Source: Verrucomicrobiia bacterium (GTDB taxonomy: Bacteria; Chloroflexota; Dormibacteria; Aeolococcales; Bog-877). From it: 64,000 nucleotides of DNA. The position numbers and the translations under genes are program-made. Positions 57,031 through 64,000 of the stretch are shown here, in pieces. The stretch's first letter is position 1; every line of letters begins with the position of its first letter. The notes beneath the pieces were generated by a model that was not told where the DNA came from, made no database searches, and saw nothing but the letters and a program-made list of their open reading frames with translations. The DNA is taken from NCBI GenBank assembly GCA_035532155.1, contig DATKRN010000022.1, positions 76,571 through 140,570 on the forward strand, given 5' to 3'.

Positions 57031-57627
57031 TCAGCCGGCGGACCAGCCCGGGTCACGACCGGAGAGCCCGAGCAGCCGCTCGAGCGGGGGGGCGTCGCTG
57101 GGGACGGCGACCGGTGGCCCGAAGGCCCTGCCGTCGCCCTGGAAGTCGGGGGTGAGCATCGCGGGCGCGAACGCCAGCGACTCCTGCGACGCCGCCTCGG
57201 GCGGTGCCCACAACTGGCCGGTGGCGCGGGCCAGGTCCCATCCGTGGACCACATACTCCCACAGGATCATCCCCAGCGCGAGCTCGCCCGGCATGGCATT
57301 CTCCCCGAGCCACAGGGGCCGCAGCGCGGCTCCCTCCCCAAGCGCCCGGGCCATCAGCGCGGCAGCCTGGGTCACCGCCCCGGCGGGGTCGGGGGGAGGG
57401 CGGTAGCCGTCGATGTCGGCAGCGGGCGCCCGCCCCCCGGGGTCGGCGAAGCCGGCCGCGAAGGTCGTTAGCCAGCCCAGCACATGGGCCCGGAGCTGCT
57501 CGACGTCCCACTGGGTGCAGGGGGTTCGGGACGGCAGCTGGGCCGGTGCGATCCCATCGATCACCCTGGCCAGGTCGGACAGCACCGCCAGCAGGAGGTC
57601 GGTCGTCTTGCTCGTCGACGGCGTCAT
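57031..57627 (-). CDS. DinB/mycothiol-maleylpyruvate-isomerase-N-like metal-binding protein (TIGR03086-like)
   Basis: PCTQWDVEQLRAHVLGW...EYVVHGWDLARATG. Confidence 0.7.
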   Translation of the reverse strand: MTPSTSKTTDLLLAVLSDLARVIDGIAPAQLPSRTPCTQWDVEQLRAHVLGWLTTFAAGFADPGGRAPAADIDGYRPPPDPAGAVTQAAALMARALGEGAALRPLWLGENAMPGELALGMILWEYVVHGWDLARATGQLWAPPEAASQESLAFAPAMLTPDFQGDGRAFGPPVAVPSDAPPLERLLGLSGRDPGWSAG

Positions 57628-57789
57628 CGCCCCAGGATACCGGCGGGGGCCGGGCGACCGAACCGATCCTGGCGGCTGGGCGCGGCCGAGACCGTCCGCC
57701 GGGTGGGACGCGGGCCGTGAGCCAGGGTCGCCGCGGACTTCGGGGACGGGGATGCGGCACACGTCCTGTGCGACGGCTTCCAGGTACGC

Positions 57790-59150
57790 TGAGACCAGCG
57801 GATGACTGCTGTCCCCACCGCCGCTCCACGACCGTCATGCGGACCACCTCCAGCAGCGACACCGTGACGTGGTGGTCCCCGTCGCACGACGTGGTGACCG
57901 CGAAGGGGGTGAGACCAACCTCACCTCTGGCCAGCTCGAAGTCCTCTTCGATGGTCCAGCGCAGGCATCCCCTCCAGGCCATGTCCGCGAGCCTCAGCGC
58001 GGTGGGCGCGTTCGAGGGGTCGTCCGTCACCACGCCGCCTCCTTTGGCCATCGCCGCATCAACCAGCGAGGGGGCCCGGTTGCCGCTGGCGCTGCTCGAG
58101 CACGCGCTGCCGGGCGAGCGCGTAAGCGCGGGGCCTTCTGGCGGCTTCGGTGACGCGGTGCCGGATCCAGGCCGCCGGATCGCGGGTGCCCGCCACCTGC
58201 GCCATCGTGATCGATTGGAGCGAGGCGGCGGTGGCAGCGGGCCACGTCCGGGATCCGCCTCTCCCGCCGGTGCCGGCCAGCGCGTCCCAGGCGGGGTTGG
58301 TGAGCCCGAGGTTAGTGTTCCACGAGACCGTGACGCAGTACCGGTGGACCACGCCGCTCACCAGGCACCGCAGATCATGGCTCTCGCCGCGGATGGCATC
58401 GCCCGTCACCGACTAGCAGGTGGCCGGCCGCGTGGGCGTGGGGCACCCGCACCGCTCCCAACTCACGCCGGGTCGGGAACGGCCGGTCCTTGATCACATC
58501 TGCGCGGCGGCGGCGATCCGCCGCGTGGTTCCCGACCCACTGCGGCATCAGGTCCAGCCGCCAATTGACCGGGGGGGGGTCCCGGAGTGGAGGGGTACGC
58601 CAGGAACACCCCCACCTGGGAGTGGGCAGTGGGCCCCAGTATGCCCGAGTCCGGGCCCCCCCCCCGCCCGGAGCCCCCGTTGGGGAGACCCTGTGTCGTC
58701 CACGACGAGCACATTGCACGGGCTGCCCGAGTGCGCGCCGACGAACCGCAGCAGCGTGGCGATGTCGCCGGCGTCATCCCAGGGGGAGTCGCTCAGGACC
58801 TCCGGGACGCGGCCCACCGACCCGGCCACCTGCTCGATCACGGGGTCGAGGTTCTTGCTCCGGATCGGGAGCACCAGCTCCTGGAGCTCGTGGTGGCTGG
58901 CGGCCCGGCCTTCCCATCGGCCAACGGCGCGACCGAACCGCTGGTGGCCCAGCGCCAGTTCAGGTATCGTCGCCGCGAGGCAGCGGCGCTGATCGGGACC
59001 GCCCTCGTGTCGGGCACCCTGGCTGACACCAATGGAGCAGGGTGCCTGACCGGCACGATGCCGGCCGTCCCCTCGCAGCGTCGACTTCTCTGCGCGGTAT
59101 CGTTCTAGGAGATGCCCTGCGAGCCACCCGGCGACGGGCTCGCCAGCGAC
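57790..59150 (-). pseudogene. IS701-like (IS4-superfamily DDE) transposase, multiply frameshifted; limits approximate
   Basis: SPWDDAGDIATLLRFVGAHSGSPCNVLVVDDTG / SQVGVFLAY / VNWRLDLMPQWVGN / AWRGCLRWTIEEDFELARGEVGL lie in different frames. Confidence 0.7.
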
Positions 59151-59368
59151 CCTGACGATGCCCCGTCGAGGCCGGCCCGCTTCCCTGAGTCGCGACGTTG
59201 ATCACCCCAGTCATGGCGCCCAGCCTGGGTGCGTAGGCGACGGGCACGCGCCGTCGCTGAAGGGGATGTCAGTCCATCGTCGGGGGCAGCGGACCGCGGG
59301 CAACACGTCCGCTTCCAGCCCTGCGGCCCTTCTGATTCGGCGCACCTCCCGCTGGTAGCATCTTGGTC

Positions 59369-59761
59369 ATGACGAGCACAGCCAAGGGGACGTTCGACAT
59401 CGTGATGACCCCGGGAGCACCCGAGGTCGGAGGAATGGTGGACCGGTTCGATTTCACCAAAACCTTCCAGGGTGAGCTCGACGCCACCGGGATCGGGGTA
59501 ATGCTTTCCTGCGGCGACCCGAACACGGGCTCAGCTGGCTATGTCGCGATCGAGTCAGTCAGCGGCCGTCTCGGCGACAGATCCGGAGGTTTCGCGCTGC
59601 AGCAGCTCGGCATGATGCACCGCGGCTCGCCAACCCTGCAATATGAAGTGGTGCCTGGGTCGGGCCACGGGGCACTCCGTGGCATCTCGGGCACCGTCCA
59701 CCTCACGATAGAGAAAGACGGCACCCACCGATATGAGCTGGAGTACGAGCTCCTGATCTGA
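59369..59761 (+). CDS. DUF3224-like protein
   Basis: MTSTAKGTFDIVMTPGAP...FTKTFQGELDATGIGVML...GYVAIESVSGRLGDRSGGFALQ..G; recognised by overall pattern only. Confidence 0.6.
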   Translation: MTSTAKGTFDIVMTPGAPEVGGMVDRFDFTKTFQGELDATGIGVMLSCGDPNTGSAGYVAIESVSGRLGDRSGGFALQQLGMMHRGSPTLQYEVVPGSGHGALRGISGTVHLTIEKDGTHRYELEYELLI

Positions 59762-60210
59762 CGTCGACGATCCCCGGGCTGCGGCTAGGCGGCGGGTCGC
59801 CGACGGCCATCCGGATCGCAACCCCGACGCGAGCTGGGTGATGGCCAGTGGGCCGGCAGGCGACGGTCATCCCGCAATCCCTGCCCGAACCCCTGCCCCC
59901 CCCACTCGCCGTATACGCTCCTATCGTCCCGGCTGGCCACGGTTGGGCGAAACGGCCTTCTTCAGGACGGAGCAAGGCGCAGGAGGGCCCCACCGGAGTG
60001 GTCCGTGGGGCTGGTGCGAGCCCTGACTCGGGATCGCCGCCCTCACGCGGCTCGTGGAGCCGATCATGGCTTCCCAGCCCTACCGCTCTGGACCCCGACG
60101 TGGTCCGGATCGTCGAGGGTAGCGTCAGTGATCGCAGCCAGCGCGGCCCACCGCCTCCAGCAGCGACCGTGGCCACCCGATCAGCCGCCCTGACAGCTGA
60201 GTGGATCGGT

Positions 60211-60846
60211 TCAACGAGCCAATCCGTTGCGCAGAGCGTAGGCAGTGGCGTGAGAGCGATCGCGGCTGCGGGTCTTCGCGAAGATGCGGTTGACGTGAGT
60301 CTTGACGGTGGCCTCGCTCACGTAAAGCCTGGAAGCGATCTGGGAGTTGGAGAGGCCCTCGGCGATGAGGCCAAGCACCTCGCCTTCTCGGTCCGTGAGA
60401 CCGTCCGGGAGTACCGCGGCACGTGCCGGGCGACTTCTCGCGGCATCGACGAGCCGCTGCTGGACGGAGTGCTGGAGAACCGCCTGGCCGGCAGTGGCCG
60501 CCGCGAGCGCACGGAGGATGTCATCGCGCCCTGCCTCCTTGGTGAGATACCCGATTGCGCCCGCGCTCAGCGCGCCGATGACCGACTCGTCATCCGCGTA
60601 CGTGGTGAGCACGACCACCTGCGTGGCGGGAGTCCGGGCCCGGATGGCGGAGGTCGCTTCAATGCCGTCCAGGCCGGGCATGCGCAGATCCATGAGGACG
60701 ACGTCGGGGTGGAGATCGACGGCAAGCGCGACCGCCTCGATGCCGTTCTCCGCCACCCCGACCACGTCGACGTCGGGGAGCCTCTCCATAATCGTGACCA
60801 AGCCTTCGCGGACTATGCGCTGGTCATCGGCGATGACGACCCTCAT
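60211..60846 (-). CDS. NarL/LuxR-family response regulator
   Basis: MRVVIADDQ...DVVLMDLRMPGLDG (receiver domain), LTDREGEVLGLIAEGLSNSQIASRLYVSEATVKTHV (HTH_LuxR). Confidence 0.93.
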   Translation of the reverse strand: MRVVIADDQRIVREGLVTIMERLPDVDVVGVAENGIEAVALAVDLHPDVVLMDLRMPGLDGIEATSAIRARTPATQVVVLTTYADDESVIGALSAGAIGYLTKEAGRDDILRALAAATAGQAVLQHSVQQRLVDAARSRPARAAVLPDGLTDREGEVLGLIAEGLSNSQIASRLYVSEATVKTHVNRIFAKTRSRDRSHATAYALRNGLAR

Positions 60847-61976
60847 GCCGGCAACGTGAACAGAACCCGCCAGCCGTTGTCGATCGGTCCCGCGTCGACA
60901 TGCCCCTGGAGCAGCAGGGCCCGCTCGCGCATCCCCTGGAGCCCGAAGCCGCCCCCCGCCGCCGCGGGCATCGAGGTCAGCTCGGCCGTCTGATTGGTCA
61001 CAGTCAGGGTGACGGCCTTCTCACAGAAGGCGAGCTCGACGGTGACGGCGGCCCCGGGGGCGTGCTTGCGGGCATTGGTCAGGGCTTCCTGCGCCGCCCG
61101 GTACAGCGCCTGAGCCGCCTCCGGGGGCAAGCCGCGGACCTGGCCCGACACCGCCACGGTGGCGTCAGCTGCGTCGGTCAGCGCGGCCAGCCGCTGCGGG
61201 AGCGGGGGAGCGCTCTCGCGCAGCGCCCGCACCGCCTGGCGGGTCTCCTCCAATCCCTCGCTGACCAGACGGCGGGTGCTGCGCAACCCGTCACGGATCG
61301 TCGGTGAGCCGCCCCCGTCGACAACCACGGAGTCGAGTGCCTCCAACCGCACCGCGAGCGCCCCGAGGGTGTGGGCGAGCACGTCATGGATCTCCCGGGC
61401 CACGCGGTTACGCTCAGCCAGCGCGTCCGCCCGGGAACGCTCAACCGCGGCGCGCTGACGCTCGACCGCGAGCAGCGCGATCTGGTTGATGCGGAGCTCA
61501 CGCTGGCGGCGGCTGACTCCGACCACCAGCCCGGCGAGCGCGACCAGGCTGGCTTCCAGAATCAGCCCCGCCGGCCGCCCGTCCAGCTCCGCCGTCACCG
61601 CCAGAGCGGCCGGCCCGACCGCCGCCAGCACCAGGGCCCCCGGCAGCTCCACCGCGATCCCCGCACCGAGTCCAGCGACGCCGACGAATGCGATGGCAGC
61701 CGGCCCGAAGGCCGCCAGGGCGCCCCCGGCGGCGCCGATCCCCGCAACTGATACGGCCTCCGCGCCGCGCCGTCCACCCAGGCTGGCGGCGAGCCAGCAC
61801 AGTGACGCGACGGCGGCGCCGCAGAGCAGCGCGAGCGCGACCAGATGGCTGCCGGAGAGCCCTGGCCGGGCCCTTGCTGCCACCAGCCAGACCACCAGGC
61901 CGAGCCCGCCCAGCCGCACGGTTGCCCAGAGCGGTGGGGACGACCGTGGGGGGACCGGGGCCGAGTCAGGGATCAC
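60843..61976 (-). CDS. Sensor histidine kinase (HisKA_3/DesK-NarX type); start uncertain
   Basis: H-box REIHDVLAHTLGAL, N-box EALTNARKHA, G-box GGGFGLQGMRERA; N-terminal TM bundle; ATGA overlap with the response regulator. Confidence 0.88.
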   Translation of the reverse strand: MIPDSAPVPPRSSPPLWATVRLGGLGLVVWLVAARARPGLSGSHLVALALLCGAAVASLCWLAASLGGRRGAEAVSVAGIGAAGGALAAFGPAAIAFVGVAGLGAGIAVELPGALVLAAVGPAALAVTAELDGRPAGLILEASLVALAGLVVGVSRRQRELRINQIALLAVERQRAAVERSRADALAERNRVAREIHDVLAHTLGALAVRLEALDSVVVDGGGSPTIRDGLRSTRRLVSEGLEETRQAVRALRESAPPLPQRLAALTDAADATVAVSGQVRGLPPEAAQALYRAAQEALTNARKHAPGAAVTVELAFCEKAVTLTVTNQTAELTSMPAAAGGGFGLQGMRERALLLQGHVDAGPIDNGWRVLFTLPA

Positions 61977-62011
61977 GCCCCCATCATGGTCACACTCGCC
62001 AGCCAGGGCGA

Positions 62012-62536
62012 TCAGCCAACGCTGGGCAACCCCGTCGCCGGCAGTGCCTGCCGGACGGTCTGGGCCCGCCACGCGAGCACAGCGGTGCGTCCCAGAACCT
62101 CGGCAATGGCCATCACGATCAGGGCTGCCACCCACGCCTGGGCGCCGGTGATGCCATGGGCCGCGCTGAAGCTGCCGATGGCCCGACCGCCGCCATGCTG
62201 AGCATAGAAGGCGAAGGTCATGCGCGAGGCCATGCCGAGGATCCAGAGCAGCGCCGCGAGCCAGCCCGCCTGGGCCACCGCGACGGCATCGGGTCCGACC
62301 CGCACGGTGGTGAAGCTGGCACACAGCGTTCCGAGCACGAGGCCGACCACGACCCCCGCCACGGTGAGCGTGAGGTCGTTTCCGGCTGTAGGGATTCCGT
62401 GCAGGTAGGTGACGGCCGCCCAGGCCACGAGCCCGATCGGCCAGAGCAGCCCGAAGGCGGTTAGACGCTTGCCGTGGATCTGGCGCACCACCAGAGAGAT
62501 GAGCAACCCCGTGATCAGGTAGTCGGTGAATGTCAT
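62012..62536 (-). CDS. Membrane protein (DUF1453-like) upstream of the kinase
   Basis: MTFTDYLITGLLISLVVRQIHGKRL...; 4-5 TM segments; same strand as, and 35 nt upstream of, the kinase. Confidence 0.6.
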   Translation of the reverse strand: MTFTDYLITGLLISLVVRQIHGKRLTAFGLLWPIGLVAWAAVTYLHGIPTAGNDLTLTVAGVVVGLVLGTLCASFTTVRVGPDAVAVAQAGWLAALLWILGMASRMTFAFYAQHGGGRAIGSFSAAHGITGAQAWVAALIVMAIAEVLGRTAVLAWRAQTVRQALPATGLPSVG

Positions 62537-63798
62537 GCGTCGAGTGTCAGCCGCCGGGCCGCCCTGGAGCATCAACCCGTGGGCTGATCTTCAGGTGGAT
62601 CGTCCTCCACCCGCCGCCGACCCCGCAGGTGCACCGGATGCCGCCGAGGCGGACGGTGTCGGCGCGGGGTGGGGCGGAGCGGGAGTGCCCGACCGCCCGG
62701 TGTCCCCCCTCACGGCCGCCGGCATGCGGGCGATCATGACTGGGTGCTGGCCCGCCAGGGCCAAAGTGGTGGCGCGGACGGCCACGGGCATCGCCGGCGG
62801 GGCCGGGCGCGCTCCGTCTCGGCGGTCCAGGCGGCTCGCGCCACGCCGCCCGCACGAACCGGCGATTCTCCGTCGCCCCCTCGGGGTGGCCGGTCGCGAC
62901 CCGGACTCGCGGGACACGCCACCGCGGTCGCTCTACCCTCGGACCGTCCCCAAAGGGGTGGCTGAGGAGCGGGGCCGAGGTGCAGACCTGCCCTCCGGGT
63001 CAGGGCACCGGTGGGGAGGGAGCACCACCGGTCCCACCGGGGAGGGCCTCCGCGTGGGAGTCAAGGTCCGCCGCCGGCTGGCGGTCGCGGGGAGGGTCGG
63101 CGGCGGCGGGCGGGTGAGCCCCTAGGGGAGCCGCCTCCTGGCCGAGCGGGCGGGAGGCGGAGCGCTCAGGGGTGGTGGCGCCGAGGGCCGGGCGGGCGCG
63201 CCGCCATGACCTCGCCCGCCGAGCGGGCCCGGGGCTCTATCGAGAAGGCGATGCGGGCCCGGCCGACCACGGCGGGGGCCCGGGCGCAGGCCCGAGTCGG
63301 GACCTGCGGGCTGGGCCCCGACCGCGCGACCCTGGACGTCGCCTCCACGCTGGCGGAGGCGGAGAACCCCCAGCCGGGCGCCCCGAGGGGATCGGGTCCA
63401 GCCGGGCACCGCCGGCGCCCCCACCGCCCGCGACCACGTGGCAGTGCGGGACCCGGCCCCCCAACCTGCCCCTGTCCACCCGCCCCAGGACCCGGGGCGG
63501 GCGGTGGAGGTGGGGTCGCACTCGGCTGGGGCCAGCCACCGTGAGCTCCCGCCCGCGAGCGGGAGACGACGACCCCGGTCCGGATCGTGGAGGGCGTTGG
63601 GGGCCAGCCGCCCACCCCCCCGGGGACCCCGAGGTCGGCCCGCTCTCCCTGCAGCAGGCGGTCCACGCCCGGCTGCCGGCCCCGGAACGCGCGACCGAGT
63701 CGATCGAGGCGCGCCGAGCTCGCGCGGCGACCGCGCGCCATGTGCGGCGAGGGTACGCCCGCTCGTAACCGGCCTCAGGCAGGGACCGTTCCCCCGGC

Positions 63799-64000
63799 AT
63801 GTCGGGCCGGATCGGGTCGCTGGCGCTGGTGGCTCTGCTCTCGGCAGGGGTCAGCGGCGTGGCCCTGCGCGCGGCTGGCGCAGCGCCGAGCCGCACCAGC
63901 CAGAGGTCCGCCGCATCCGCGGAGGCCTCAGCCATGAGCGTGTGCCCGGTTCAGGCGCCGCCCGCCTACGAGACTACCGTCGCGTACGCACCCTTCCAGC
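63799..64000 (+). CDS. Hypothetical secreted protein, 5' part only (runs off window)
   Basis: MSGRIGSLALVALLSAGVSGVALRAAGAAP (signal-peptide-like); open to the window end; an alternative in-frame ATG at 63934 has a GGAGG 8 nt upstream. Confidence 0.35.
   Translation, partial: MSGRIGSLALVALLSAGVSGVALRAAGAAPSRTSQRSAASAEASAMSVCPVQAPPAYETTVAYAPFQ

Noticed and set aside
57755-59335. Imperfect direct repeat (…gc(a)acacgtcc…gcttccag…) at 57760-57790 and 59300-59330 flanking the IS701-like pseudogene, as a possible target duplication.
   Set aside because: Identity is only ~75%, with a 6-nt gap. It is far longer than IS701-type TSDs, and the two copies lie in unrelated reading frames. I treat it as chance similarity.
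63400-63560. Possible M23/LytM peptidase on the minus strand, suggested by ...AGPSRVRPHLHRPPRVLGRVD resembling ...G.TG.STGPHLHFEV..NG..VD.
   Set aside because: Spacing does not match the consensus. The upstream HxxxD and other M23 motifs are missing or lie in other frames. The surrounding sequence is Arg/Pro junk. The match is probably chance in a GC-rich region.

Overview
By eye the window is very GC-rich (roughly 70%). It looks like an Actinomycetota-type chromosome: a bS22 mini-gene is present, and tig-clpP-clpX and rplU-rpmA-obg-nadD-rsfS synteny are conserved. This taxonomic call is inference only.

The window splits into two parts at a tRNA-Ala(GGC) gene (22990-23064).

**Left part (1-21.8 kb): IS-riddled accessory region.**
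- I count at least 11 insertion sequences or IS remnants, from the IS3, IS21, IS110, ISL3, IS5/IS427-like, IS481/Mu-like and an unassigned rve family. They include two nested pile-ups.
- One element looks intact and recently moved: an IS21 with a perfect 7-bp target duplication.
- Cargo between the ISs: an ICMT-type methyltransferase; zwf, a frameshifted gnd and a HAD hydrolase; two YggT-like membrane paralogues around an RHH protein; a ClC channel; and a DUF3147 pair.
- Just left of the tRNA-Ala, a 50-nt copy of its 3' half and the intact gene bracket a 1.1-kb segment that carries only a vapBC toxin-antitoxin pair.

**Right part (23-57 kb): mostly core genes.**
- Annotated here: HIT, bS22, tRNA-Ala(CGC), an orphan AAA+ ATPase, a class A PBP, rsfS, nadD, obg, rpmA, rplU, maf, valS, metE, clpX, clpP, tig, tRNA-Leu and tRNA-Arg.
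- Also annotated: RraA, a SIS protein, and a peroxiredoxin / MBL-rhodanese / OsmC / ArsR redox cluster.
- Downstream lie an IS701-like pseudogene and a membrane-protein / histidine-kinase / NarL-type response-regulator module.

**Most unusual items.**
1. A translationally coupled four-gene operon (33282-37668) between valS and maf. It encodes Ala/Gly/Leu-rich polytopic membrane proteins with 1 Lys in about 1,460 residues. By eye they resemble complex-I/Mrp antiporter-like subunits but lack the canonical charged residues.
2. A stand-alone ClpX-type zinc-ribbon ORF wedged between clpP and clpX, coupled to clpX by an ATGA overlap.

I saw no CRISPR array, rRNA, reverse transcriptase or recognisable riboswitch.

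**Limits.** All homology statements come from motif recognition by eye, with no searches run. Many start codons are uncertain. Several frameshifts sit in short G/C runs and could be assembly errors rather than real pseudogenes.
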